NCBI RefSeq assembly: GCF_001194135.2
Contig: NC_068986.1
Span: forward strand, 69,768,966-69,832,965
DNA length: 64,000 nt
From: Octopus bimaculoides
Taxonomy: Eukaryota
Direction of reading: 5' to 3'
Position numbers and translations under genes: made by a program. The notes below the pieces were generated by a model. That model was not told the DNA's origin. It did no database searches and saw only the letters and a program-made list of their open reading frames with translations. Shown in pieces: positions 1 through 13,719 of this stretch; within the stretch, counting starts at the first letter, position 1; each line of letters opens with the position of its first letter.

Positions 1-1161
1 GTATATTATGAAATAAAACAGGTGTCAAAGCATCAGGCTGTTGACAATGCCATATTTAGCTGTCCGCATATTTGCTCTTCATAATCACTTGCTCCGACTG
101 ATTATCTCTGTACTATAGGTTTACATGCAGTTCTACTGAAAACAAAACAATTCTTCCAAAACAAAAAACATTATGATTGTTTGAAATTATTTGTATTACG
201 TAATCGATGTAAACTTTATGGAGTCATATTTTTGTTTTAAATTAATTTCCTGACGCAGTGAATATTGGTAGTGTGTTTCCTGAGAAATTTATACTTATAC
301 TATATTTCCAAATAATATTCACTGAAGCATCGATCATACATTGAACACGGATTATGAAGAACTGCAAAATACATCTCGTATTACCGTAGACGCGGTGTAA
401 GCATCTTGACATGGCATCGTTTTTTCTTTTGTAATTATAGGGGTGTCATAAATATCATTTAACACTTATAAATAGTTATATCGTTATTAAGGTTATTCTG
501 TTGAGTTTCTCGTTAGTTTGTGGCATAGCTGAATATTATCGAGTTTTTAGCTGGATTTGTATATAAGCAGTTTTTATTTTTAATTTTTTTTTTCATTTGT
601 TTATTATACATACGTGGCGAGAAGATAAATAATATTGGATTAAAAAACCATCGGCAGTGTATTTTTCATTTCTGATGATCAGACACAATAATTCCTTAAG
701 GGTTTTCAGGATTCTACATAACTCTTCTCGGAAAAGTATCTGTACACCTGTACTACTCACTTTATTACATATTAAAATCCCGTCTAAACTATATTTTTTT
801 CTTATCAAAACAATGACATTTTAAGAAGTACATTCTTTGTATAAATACGATATTCCGAACCATTACCTTTGTGGATACTTTTTTTTACAAATAGCGACAG
901 CAACACTGCATTAACAGCATTGGTTCTGATGAAGAACAATTTTCTAAATTTGAGAAGTTAAAGAAAAAGCAATATATCTACATCGATTATCAATAGAAAA
1001 GTATGTGTCCTGCCTCTCTGTCTCGGTGGGCGTGTTCTCATATATGACTAGCAGCATTGATTACATTACAGCGTCAAACGCTTATACGTATATATGAGCG
1101 CAGCACAGACAAGCATACAGGGACACAGGTGTTATACATACAGACACACACATATTTACAC

Positions 1162-1212
<51 letters not shown>

Positions 1213-2111
1213 GGGAGTGTATGAGTATATATGAGTGTGCATGTTTGCTGGGCAACAATATATACACGTTAGCATATCCACAAGTTATATCATAACGTGT
1301 CTTAGTGGGTTATCTTTTGAAAAGATCACTCAACAAATGTTCAAATAAATTTGGAATTACCTGACATTACAGCATTTACTTTACAAAGTGAAAGACCTAT
1401 CTTCTGATACACGATATAAAGGAAAGATGTAGAATCTTTTCTTTTGTCAAGTTTTGCCTTACAGAATATTCTGTATTGAGAACAATAGATCTCATCAGGT
1501 GGTATAAAAAACAATAGAATCACTGTGTGACCAGTAGTATACGGCTCTCTGATTTCTGGGGTTAAGGAGTAAACTACCCGTAATAGAGAGAAATAATAAC
1601 TAAAAAGAGAGAGAAAATAAAGCGCTGGCGTTTTATCTCCCAGTAAACAAAGCTATCGTTAGTTCCAAAGTTGTTTCCAAGCATTCAACATAAAAGTAAT
1701 TTCATTCATACGCTACAAGCAGTTTTTCATTAATTGTTCCTCATATAGATTGGCTTATATTTCTGAAGTATTCAATTTTTATGCTCTATGGATGAGACTG
1801 CTGATTTTTACAGTGTTTGTATATATTTTACTTGTAAAAATTAAGTTTGATTCGTTGTCTGAAGTTGAGGAACTTCTTTGATTTCATATTTTGTGCCTCT
1901 TTGCAATCCAACCCTCAACAAATTTAGCATAATAAAGAGAGCAACATGACAGAAGACATACTGCACGACGCAAAATAGCAGTAAAGATAAATACCAAGGA
2001 TTTCTCTATCTCTGCTTAGTCCAATCACACACACATGCGTGTGTATGTGTGTCCGTCTAGTAATATATATATATCTGTATGTTTATGAGTATTATGGAGA
2101 CACACACACAC

Positions 2112-2170
<59 letters not shown>

Positions 2171-3408
2171 CGCGCGTGCCTGTGTGTGTGTGTATGTATG
2201 TATTTATATCACATTTCATACTAATGTTAGATATGTATGCCTAATGAGGCAATTGTAGCAGGGTTCTGTATAAAGTTCTGCTGAACATTCCTTGGTGTAT
2301 TGTTAGAGTGTATAATGTCAAATATCAGTTAATTAATCACATCTGTTGCTTCTCTATGTCGAAGAGTTGCCTTGCTGTTCCAGAGAAATAAATCATTTTC
2401 GTAACCAATTATTCCCATTCATATTATCTATCTTTGTCTTGAACATTTTGCTAACTGTCACATCGAAAAAGTGCACCTTCATAAAGCTACGATGATTGTG
2501 TGTACTGACAGTGAACTACATATACTCATATATAATATAATATGTATATATACATATGGACATATTCACAGCATACTGTTTACTCTATTATGTGGAAGTG
2601 TAACAGATATCAGTATATAGTATTCTATGTAAAAGTACGAGTATAATAGTTGGTGCTGCTATAAGTCGCTCATATCTCATTCGAATACAGACTGATTGTT
2701 CCCAGCTTGACTGAAATCCAAGAGAACAATGTAGAAGTACACTTGTTCGATTTATTGTAGACTCGGTTTAAAATTAATGACTTTCTTATAGTACATTCTA
2801 CCTCGATGTCAAAGTGAATAGATACTTTCTGTAAAACTATTATTAAATATAATAATGAGGCAATAATTTCAGAGAAACTAGTAATCTCTTACTAGGCGTT
2901 CCCTATACAGGAAATTGCACTCTTTTACACACGTACTTCTATTATTTATATCTCAACCACTCATACCTCTAGCATTTATGTCTGTCTTACTCTTTTAAGC
3001 CAATGCTAGACTTTGTAAAAGATTGCAGAATAAGTCCGTTCAGTTGCCATATATAATTCCGAAACAGGTTTTTACAGCATTTGATCAATTTGTTGATAGC
3101 ATACTCCAGTAAATTTTCTAAATTATCGTCTAAAATAATATCTTTGATATAGGTTTACTCAAGCAGGCATGGCATAGGTTAAAGTAACAACGACAGCTTT
3201 GATTTTCAGTTTTTCCTCACATAGAAAATAACCAAACCCCCAAAGTCACTATAAGTGCTGAGTCTCCTAATATTTAATGACTTCTTACGATAATTTAAGG
3301 TAAATAACAACCCCAAAATGCAGAGAATTAATGTCCAGAAAACATTTTAACTTAGACCCATAGTTGATATCTTATATGTTCAAAAGTACCTCAATATTGA
3401 AGTAGTAC

Positions 3409-3448
<40 letters not shown>

Positions 3449-3885
3449 NNNNNNNNNNNNNNNNNNNNNNNNNNNNNNNNNNNNNNNNNNNNNNNNNNNN
3501 NNNNNNNNNNNNNNNNNNNNNNNNNNNNNNNNNNNNNNNNNNNNNNNNNNNNNNNNNNNNNNNNNNNNNNNNNNNNNNNNNNNNNNNNNNNNNNNNNNNN
3601 NNNNNNNNNNNNNNNNNNNNNNNNNNNNNNNNNNNNNNNNNNNNNNNNNNNNNNNNNNNNNNNNNNNNNNNNNNNNNNNNNNNNNNNNNNNNNNNNNNNN
3701 NNNNNNNNNNNNNNNNNNNNNNNNNNNNNNNNNNNNNNNNNNNNNNNNNNNNNNNNNNNNNNNNNNNNNNNNNNNNNNNNNNNNNNNNNNNNNNNNNNNN
3801 NNNNNNNNNNNNNNNNNNNNNNNNNNNNNNNNNNNNNNNNNNNNNNNNNNNNNNNNNNNNNNNNNNNNNNNNNNNNNNNNNNNNN

Positions 3886-3921
<36 letters not shown>

Positions 3922-3923
3922 CT

Positions 3924-3992
<69 letters not shown>

Positions 3993-4050
3993 TCAGACAG
4001 ACAGACAGGCAGACAGGCAGGCGGACGGACAGACATACAGACAGACATAT
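3886..4050. repeat. Compound microsatellite (TA)n-(GATA)n-(GACA)n-(GGCA)
   Basis: Direct inspection. Confidence 0.95.
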
Positions 4051-4439
4051 TTGCATGTATGTTTTGGGTGCACATCTGTGTACGTATATATACACATGTA
4101 TGCGTTTGTGTGTGTCTGGAGTGGCAACTGGCAGAATCGTTTGAGTGTTGGACAGAATGCTCCGCGGAATTTGTTCCGATTCTCTTCGCCCATGATTTTG
4201 AACCTCGTTCTTCCGCCGAAAAACAGCGACACTAGTGTCATGAGTTATGTCCAAGAGTTAGTACGATTATTCTTTTAAAAATCTACGAGACATAATCTCA
4301 TTAATTTGATGGGAAACACACAAACACATACACGTCGCGCGCACACACTTACATTCCTACACGCACTTAATAGCGGAAGACCGAGATGATTGGCGATTTG
4401 CTGTGCTGGAGAAGATTCATCTGGCACAGCAAAAGTGAC

Positions 4440-5560
4440 GTTGTAAAAGCAGTTAGGTGGACCTTGCTCTTTCATCCAGTTAACCTCCGTCAAACCTTCA
4501 CCGCCTTCCCTCTTCCTAATTCCCATTTGTCCATCACCCTTCTAACTACAATACTATTTAACTGCTGTAATTGTACGAGACCAGAACTGCATATATTTCA
4601 TCCTCTTTTGTGCTACCAGTGACCTCATGGAAATATTTCTTTTCAATATTCACCCTTTTTAATTTCACCGTTTCAGATTTCACTTTCCACTGATCATCCC
4701 TTTCTGAGTTATGAGTTATCTCTCCCTATCCCTAAAGTACAGCTTATTTATGTCATAACTTATTAACGCTCTGTCATATTTACTATTGCCATAGAGCCTC
4801 ATCTTTGTCCGCCACGCACTATATCCGCTCCTACGTACCTCTGAACTCCATCTTTGTCACTGTACACCATCTTCCTGCACAGCCCATTCTGTCACTCTGT
4901 ATATCATTTTCCTGTTTTATGATCATAGTTACAGAATTACTATAATGCTGCTCTCTAACATTTCTCTACTCCCACTTCCTCCTTTTTGAGCCACTCCCAT
5001 TCTTTCGTCTTCCTTCTTCCTTTCAACTGATACTCACCATCGACCTCATGCCCATACTAGGTCATCGTTCACTACATCCATTTTACCTCCATCTCTAACT
5101 ACACGTCTTTCTCCTCTCACACTTTTACACACTAACCATCCACTCTTCCCGCTCCTCTGCCCATATTCTCCTTTATAGTAACATTCTTGTCAGCACCATA
5201 ATTATCTCTCTTTCCACCTACTCCACTCAACCTTACCTAACATTGTGTGACCATGTACATCCTCTATTGCAAGACACCTCTTCTTGTCCCTCCATCATAC
5301 TTTAGACTCTCAACGCTTGGCGTAAAGCCACCTCTTCCTCTCCTACTCAGTCGAGGGGAATTTTTCTGCTTTCCTTGTTACTTGGAAACCACACTAGTGC
5401 TGTTACCAAGTAAAATGATCACAGTATGCGCTATAAAATGGTTGGCATTACTAAAGGCCTCGGGATGTACGAACCAAGCGAAAGCAGACGCTGGAAATCA
5501 ACGCAGGCCTCCAGCTCGTCGAATTTTATCGAATCGCCTTACTCATGCATGGAAAAATGA
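4440..5560 (+). mobile_element. Possible decayed Penelope-like 3' region followed by an RTE-type SINE/LINE tail ending in (GAT)n
   Basis: Pyrimidine-rich block with weak similarity to a GIY-YIG C-terminus (HLSITLL..RPELHIF..PHGN), then GGTTGGCATT...CATGCATGGAAAA-(TGA)n, which resembles RTE-type tails from recall. Confidence 0.3.
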
Positions 5561-5614
5561 TGATGATGATGATGATGATGATGACGGTGACGATGACGAC
5601 GATGATGATGATGT

Positions 5615-5653
<39 letters not shown>

Positions 5654-5800
5654 CGATGATGATATACATATACATATATACATAAACAGACGCACACATA
5701 CACACATACACACACACACAAATATACATATGTGCATACACACACATGTGTGTGTGTGTGTGTGTGTGCGTATGTGCGTGTGTGTGAGAGAGAGAGAGGG
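5557..5800. repeat. (GAT/GAC)n followed by CA/TG/GA dinucleotide tracts
   Basis: Direct inspection. It is the source of the poly-D, poly-I, poly-H and poly-S pseudo-ORFs. Confidence 0.95.
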
Positions 5801-7624
5801 GAAGACAGAAAATGGGTGTTCGAAAGAACAAGCCGTCCATGGTCTTACTGTATTGGCGATTAACTTACAAACTCAAACCTCTTTTTTGATTCTTGGCGAT
5901 GATGTTCATGTTTTCAATTAGTTGTTAACAAGGTCACATGTATGGTTTTCCACACACACACACAAAAACCAAAAAACGAAAGGAAACAAACATATGACAT
6001 CTGTCTAGCTCCATTTTTTTTTCGGTGTTAAGTATGACAAAATAGGCTATTGTCATGTAACATAGTGGTATAACCTAATGTAACAACTAAATGATAAATA
6101 ATATATATATTATATAGCTGCGAAACTTACAACAGATGTGTAAATATGCTAAGAATTGAATTTCGTACATAGTTGGATCAATATCCTGTTAACCTCCAAA
6201 TAGCCAGTTTAGCTCAGATATCCCGAAGTTATTATCGGATATATTTTTCTTGCACATTAAATGTTTGATTTGTTTTTATTTCTATATATTTGATTCTGGC
6301 AGTTTACACTATTCGCTGATACTGATCGCTTTAAAAAGATAATATTTCTATAAAAAAAACATTAATAAATGGGATTAAATTTCTGGCCAATTTCAAGCGG
6401 TGATCAGCATTTCCTCTTCTACAATGTTAACTAGAAGTCTATAGTATTTATTTTTCCCATTGAAAATTTGCCTCGTTTCACCTTAGACAGACATGTGTCG
6501 CACTATAATCAGTGGCTGTCTACAGTCTACACGTGCTAATCTATGCAATTTTGAAATTCCGTTCTAAATGACTGTTTAACAATAAATAATGACACTTTCT
6601 TAATATAAATGAATGACTTTCCCGAATGACAACAGTTGCAATGCCTCTGGCCACGAACATGTTTCTTTAAATCAAGACACTTCCAATACCGTTGAATGTA
6701 TACATTCCACATTTTATTTTTTTCATTTTTACACGTTTACTCTGTGTGGTCTAGAGGCAGTTTTAACGCTTTTCTCTTCCCCTCGTACACTGCTGAGAAC
6801 TAAAAACTACAAACATCCATATGGACACTTAACGGTATACACACTCAAACGTACACTTAACGCACACAATCGCACGTCAATACAACAACAGCACTTGAAG
6901 ACATGGAATATTTTCATGAACAATGTAAACGAACGCACACAATTTAAGCGACAATAATATCTAAGAGATACAAGTCGTTTAACTCGTCTATCAATAGACA
7001 CTACAATCATCACCGCCACTACTAGCAAAGACAGCTACAGCAACAATAACAACGATAAATGCGTCTTATTCTGGCGAAATACACAAATTTCATCGATGGC
7101 AGCATATTACAGTCATATACTTTATTGATCTTGGAGTTAACTTCGACGAGATTTGAATTTAGAATGTTAAGGAAATATTAGGAAATACCGTAAGTTATTT
7201 ATTCTAGAATCCTACCGATTCTAATGCTTTTCATAGTTCCATAAAAGAATAATGATTTCTTTGAGCTGAAAAGCAATTTTGTAGGTGTTAGCATAAAGGA
7301 TTGAATAGACAAGAGTGATATATATTTTAGACACCGGAATGATATTGAAGATTATTCTATACGTATATATACACAGTAAGACATATGCGTACACACATAC
7401 ATACACATAAACTATTCTTTCTTTCTCTCACACACATACCTACATACATTCTCTTCCTCTCTCTCTCTCTTTCTCCCTTTCTCTTTCTCCCTTTCTCTTT
7501 CACACTTACATCTACACTCTCTCTTCTCTCCTCCTCTCTCACCTGTTTTGTATAACATATTTCGAATTCAAAATTCCCTGCTATGTTTTCACATAGACTC
7601 TTTCACAGCTTACTCATTGATATA

Positions 7625-7788
7625 GGCACAGGCATGGCTGTGCGGTACGAAGCTTGCTTCCCAACCACATGGTTCTGGATTCACTCCCACTGTGTGACAT
7701 CTTGGGAAAGTGTCTTTTACTATAGCCTCGAGACGACCAAAGTCTTGTGAGTGAATTTGGTAGATAGAAACTGAAAGAATCTCATCAA

Positions 7789-7851
<63 letters not shown>

Positions 7852-8038
7852 CGTGTCTATGTTTCGCCCCCATCACTGATTGACAACCGGTGTTGGTTTA
7901 TGTCACCGTAAAAGAGACCGTTACAATAAGTGCCAGGTTTAAAAACAGTACTCAGGTCGATTCATTGGACAAAAACTTCTTCAAGGCGGTGCCCAACATC
8001 GCTGCAGTCTAATAACTGAAAGAAATAAATAATAAAAG
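7625..8038 (+). mobile_element. SINE family A (tRNA head, CORE-like block, internal microsatellite)
   Basis: TGGCTGTGCGGT head, CTTGGGAAAGTGTCTT CORE-like block, (TG)n, tail GCAGTCTAATAACTGAAA. Homologous to about ten other copies in the window. Confidence 0.88.
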
Positions 8039-8229
8039 TTTGATCATATACGTTGAAAAATGTCATGTCTGTTATGTCAAAAACGCGATTCTGCTACTTC
8101 TATATCAAAATATATCACAGGAAAACAGAAATTCGTACCCCCTATAAGTTCGACTTGTATCTTTCCGGTGGTCCTTTAAAATACTCTATGCCAAGCGTAT
8201 GGCTAGTTGTTCTACTTTGCCATCTGTTT

Positions 8230-8720
8230 TTCATAAAAACAGTGGTGAGTGCTTAAACAACACTTAAAGTCTCAGTATATGGAAACCTAAACACTTAGTG
8301 GATCTGAAAAACGGATTTCTTTCGTGTAGCTGTTGAATATACTTTCCATTATGGATCCTTCATATGGACACTAAATAAATGCTTTGAAGCTTTACTGGCT
8401 ACTTCGTACCCTTTTGCGCATGCTTTGCACTATCTTGAGCATGTTCGAGAAACAACATCCCACCGAGTAAAGATTATGCAATAACTTCTCTAATGTTTCA
8501 GTCATTATTCGAGAAATAAATTGTCGCTTTACTGAACATTGCAAAAATAAGAAGCTAGCTACTGAGAAACATTCTACCTTCGACACCTTGAAGTAGACAT
8601 GATCACATCGGCCGCCCTGCTATAAAATGTATATTGAAAAGTTAACAGACGACACTAGATATCAACGAAAGGGCCTATCTCATAGGCGACAACAGACGGG
8701 GATAGGATCAGGATCGTTCA
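8230..8720 (+). mobile_element. Heavily decayed RTE-like LINE fragment (same type as 36480-36870)
   Basis: Frames give IWKPKHLVDLKTDFFRVAVEYTFHYGSFIWTLNK, LRM..KQHPT..RL..IIRE..CRFTEHC and RP..YIEKLTDDT. Confidence 0.6.
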
Positions 8721-8925
8721 AATTCAAGCAAGTTCGAACTGATGATGGTGATGGTGAATCATATTTTACTGAGTTCAGTCGCTGAACTCCAGTCATGGTG
8801 AGGTGCGTTCATGCACATCCACCCACACATACATACATACATACATACACACTCACGCACAATATACACATGGATATACAATACACAAACATACACACAC
8901 ACGTGCATATATATACACACACACA

Positions 8926-9401
8926 CAGTCATTTGACTACGGCCATGCTGAAGCACGGCCTTTAGTCGAGCAAATCAACCCCCGGACTTATTCTTTGTTA
9001 GCCTAGGACTTGTTCTATCGGTTTCTTATGCTGAACTGCTAAGTTAGGGGACGTAAACACACCAGTATCGGTTGTCAAGCGATGTTGAAGGGACAAACAC
9101 AGACACACACACATACATACATACATACATACATACATACATACATACATACATGCATATATATACATACATACATACATACATACATACATACATGCAT
9201 ATATACATACATATATATATATAGATAGATAGATATAGATATAGATAGATAGATATATCTCTACAAAAAATAAATTCACAAGGCTTTAGTCGGCACGAGG
9301 CTATAGTAGAATACACTTGCCTAAGGTGCTACGCAATGGGACTGAACATGGTACTATGTGGTTGGTAAGCAAGCTACTTGCCACACAGCCACTCCTGCGC
9401 C
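8926..9401 (-). mobile_element. SINE family A
   Basis: Full reverse-complement copy with an internal (ATAC)n/(GATA)n tract. Confidence 0.9.
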
Positions 9402-9449
9402 TATATACATATATGTATATACATACATACCATATATATATATATATAT

Positions 9450-9528
9450 ATAGCAGTCAAAGAACTACTGATTCCAAACTACAAATTTTTTCTCCGTAGT
9501 TTGGAATCAGTAGTTCTTTGACTGCTAT
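9450..9528. repeat. Perfect 33-bp inverted repeat with 13-nt spacer
   Basis: ATAGCAGTCAAAGAACTACTGATTCCAAACTAC / GTAGTTTGGAATCAGTAGTTCTTTGACTGCTAT. Confidence 0.97.
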
Positions 9529-9678
9529 TTCTGAATTCTCAGTATGTTGGAGAAGCAGCTCCTGCTAATCCCTGTATATTTATGATTATAAATGGTTTTA
9601 CCGATAAAGGTTTTTTCATACTGAGCTACTCGGCAAAATTGTTAATTATTAATTTTATTACTAATTGACGATTCCCTG

Positions 9679-9716
<38 letters not shown>

Positions 9717-10934
9717 GTATGTATAGGTATGTATAAGTATGTATGTATGTACGTATATACATATGTGTGTATGTATGTATGTATGTATGTATGTGTCATG
9801 CATAGGAAGATAATGATTATTTTCATAGAACTCCTTAAAATCTGAACGTAACAAATCGATAACACTATCAAGTGTTTAAATAATAAAATTATCCATTAGT
9901 TGGGTATGTGACTAACTAAATGATTTTTAAGTATCCTTTTAATTGCATTCTTTCTTGTATATAACTTTTGTCACGAAAGATCATGCATACACGCGCACAC
10001 GCACACACATACACACACACACACACTTAGACACACATGTATGCCTGTGTGTCTACGCGCACACACGTATATGTTTAATATACACTATGATGTGAATAAA
10101 TGCCTTGTAAACTATCTCAATTAAAATCTCTCCTGCTGTTAAGATGGAAAACACACTCTACATTTTCTGTAATTATTTTATATCGAATTATACTTAACTT
10201 AAGTCACTAACCATGAATTTTTTGTATACAGACGTCATAAGAGTAAACGAAGAATTACGGCAAACACATTATTTGATCTTACATTTCGTCCCGAAACCCA
10301 GAGGAAAACTTTTTTTCCGCTAAGACAAGCATGAATATGTTCAGTATGTTTCTAGTACTAATTAACTCAATTTTTGTCGATGCGGGGCTTTAAAATCGAT
10401 GTAAATGATATGAAAACATATTTTAAAAAACTTTATCGTTAAAATTAAAGATATCGTTTATGTCATTAGGAATTTAGAAACTTCGAAAGATATGAAATAA
10501 AACGTTTTTAATGTTGGAACTCGAAGTACTTATAGCTATAAGTAATAACGTACAGAATATTGGGTTAAAAAAAAATATTCGAGGGGAACACATCAAGGTC
10601 TGCAACCCGGGAACACGAACCCACGACTTCTGCAAACATGACAAATGTTCAACCATCACAGGAAAGTAAAAACCCTTCTAAATCTCACCCCCTAACCCAA
10701 CCCACCCTACTCCCGTTTAGAATTTTGTACTTCACAGTGGGAACTGTATGTTGTTTACATCGTAAGAATTTAGGAACTTCGTAAGATATGAAATAAATGT
10801 TTTTTAACGAAAACAGCCATGCACAAAATTCTCTATGCTTGAGTGATTTTACAACTTCTGCCATTAAAAAAAATGATATAATTATACTTATGTATTGAGT
10901 TCTATTTATCCTGTTTGTTCTACCAAACCTATCC

Positions 10935-10992
<58 letters not shown>

Positions 10993-11001
10993 TTATCTAT
11001 C

Positions 11002-11048
<47 letters not shown>

Positions 11049-11857
11049 AACATGTGTAATATTCAATTTATCACCCTCTCTCTCTCTATATATATATATA
11101 GAGAGAGAGAGGGTGATATATATATATATATGTGTGTGTGTGTGCGTGTGTGTGTGTGTGTGTGTGCGTGTGCGTGTGTGTGTGTATGCGCGTGTGTGTA
11201 TGCGCGTGTGTGTATGCGCGTGTATGCAAATTGAAAATTAAAAATAACAAGATAATAAAAGTCAAAAAGACGTACACATGGAATGTATTAGGTTGACACT
11301 TAGTATAAATTGAAAACAAGACTGGGTGTAAAACCTTTCGAGCATGGCTACTCGGTTGAATCTACCCGTTTTATTGAGGTCCTACATTTATGTACCGTCG
11401 ATCTATTCAAGATGGATAGTTGACTTTGATATATACGTTACATATCTTGGTCGTGTTCCAAGGCCACAGTGGGAAGGGATCGAGTCTGTACTTTTAGAAT
11501 AAAAGGTAGTCATACTCAATAATGAATGTTCAAGTATCGAGGAAGGATCATTGCGAAATATGTGTCAGCTCCATCCGTTCTGAGTTCGAGCTCCGTCCTC
11601 TATCACCGAAAATAAATAAATAATACTAGCCCTTTGAGGTTCGGCGATAGTAGTCACAGTGTTATGAAGTTCTAAAATTGCCGAGTATTTCAGCTGAATT
11701 CTCTTTATGCTAATCTACCAGCTTGCAGGAGCGAAAGGAAAAGTAACTTTAGCTGCTGCGTACACCAAAATTTGGTACAAAGCCAGCAGTCTTTAGGGGA
11801 GGTGTAAGTAGATTACATATAATATGTATTCTCTGTATATTATATGATATGTGTGAA

Positions 11858-11916
<59 letters not shown>

Positions 11917-12298
11917 NNNNNNNNNNNNNNNNNNNNNNNNNNNNNNNNNNNNNNNNNNNNNNNNNNNNNNNNNNNNNNNNNNNNNNNNNNNNNNNNNNNN
12001 NNNNNNNNNNNNNNNNNNNNNNNNNNNNNNNNNNNNNNNNNNNNNNNNNNNNNNNNNNNNNNNNNNNNNNNNNNNNNNNNNNNNNNNNNNNNNNNNNNNN
12101 NNNNNNNNNNNNNNNNNNNNNNNNNNNNNNNNNNNNNNNNNNNNNNNNNNNNNNNNNNNNNNNNNNNNNNNNNNNNNNNNNNNNNNNNNNNNNNNNNNNN
12201 NNNNNNNNNNNNNNNNNNNNNNNNNNNNNNNNNNNNNNNNNNNNNNNNNNNNNNNNNNNNNNNNNNNNNNNNNNNNNNNNNNNNNNNNNNNNNNNNNN

Positions 12299-12357
<59 letters not shown>

Positions 12358-12704
12358 CTTTTTTCTTCCTGTATGAGATCTAAAGATCAAACGAACATTC
12401 CTTGCAGTCCACGATCTGACAGATTTCTTTAGTTAATATCGACTGGCTGACTCTAAACACCAACGGATAGGAAGCGGGCATTGTTCGTGGAAAACACCTC
12501 TGTAATGGATAACAATAACGAGGAATAATAACATGCAAGGGAGAAGTTGATGAAGACAGTAACGCCTTCGTCAACATAATAATAATGACGCAGCCTGTAT
12601 AGAGGGAGATGATGATGGTGATGATAATGATGTTGTTATTGAAAATCACGATGATTATGATGAGTGCGTCGACGATGACGACGACGATGACGATGATAAG
12701 GATG

Positions 12705-12880
12705 ACTGGATTATTGTGTCTGAAAATGCAAACGTAACCTTTTAGCTCACTGAGAACGCTTCGCCATATGGTTGACCGCTTAAAAACCGTCGACTTTTGT
12801 GCTAAACAACTCATCCAGAGAACGGCATTTGTTAAGATCGCAAAAATTCTAACACGCAGTCTCAACTATGGTGGCCAAAG
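12705..12880 (+). mobile_element. Possible old R4/Dong-like C-terminal remnant
   Basis: KQLIQRTAFVKIAKILTRSL resembles EHLQKTALLGPARILRNVL of the 54844 element. It follows a (GAT/GAC)n tract. Confidence 0.35.
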
Positions 12881-13359
12881 TCACACAGAAAATAAACAAA
12901 GAACTATTATTCTCAAACACTACAGGAAGAATGTGGAAAATCAGTGATGTGTAAACAACGGTTGGAAAGGAAATACTGTTTCAATACCCTACTGTGTTAT
13001 GGATTCAGAATTTTGTTAACGGCCATTTATCACAGACATATTTAAACAACAGCATTTATAGCATCGGATGAATATATTTCGTAAGGCAGAGAGAAAAAAA
13101 AATAAAAGCGTAGAAACAACAATAGTCATAGAGTTGATGACATAGTTATGACATTAAGACTATCATTGAGTTTTAAAAAGCGGTAAAGAATAACTTTTAA
13201 CATTTGAAACACGAACTAGATGTGAGTGAGGATAGTGAGAGATCGTGTATTATCAGACGATTTTAGTTAAATAGTAAATAATTTTGACATGGAAAGGAAG
13301 TGATTCTTTCTAAGTTAAAACAACGATATTTTCTTTTTCTTTTTTATTTTTTGGTGGCG

Positions 13360-13522
13360 GGATGGGGGTTGCTTCGACACCAACCAATACTTTATTTTAT
13401 TGATCCGGTGATTGAAAGTCAAATTTAACCTCTGTGGGATTTGAACTTGGATGGTTAAAGAGCCGTAACAAATACCGGAAGTCATTTGTTCGACGGTCTT
13501 ACGACTGTACCAGCTCGCCTCT
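13360..13522 (-). mobile_element. SINE family B, diverged
   Basis: GATTTGAACT and CCAGCTCGCC blocks match the reverse complement of family B. Confidence 0.65.
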
Positions 13523-13579
13523 TTGATATTTAAAAATTAATACTGGCCAATTTTCCTAACATTATTAAGGATCACAAGG

Positions 13580-13718
13580 AAGGCAGCTAGCTGGCAGAAT
13601 CGTTAGCGTACCGTGCGAAGTGCTTAGCGGTATTTCGTCTGTCTTTACGTTCTGAGTTCAAATTCCGCTGAGGTCGACTTTGCCTTTCATTCTTTCGGTG
13701 TCGTTAAATTAAGTACCA
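13580..13718 (+). mobile_element. SINE family B 5' part
   Basis: AGCTGGCAGAATCGTTAGC...GAGTTCAAATTCC..GAGGTCGACTTTGCCTTTCAT...AAATTAAGTACCA. Confidence 0.9.
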
Positions 13719-13719
13719 T

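Noticed and set aside
5247-5921. 224-aa ORF with poly-Asp
   Set aside because: Concatenation of a repeat remnant, a (GAT)n tail and CA/TG tracts, with no domain.
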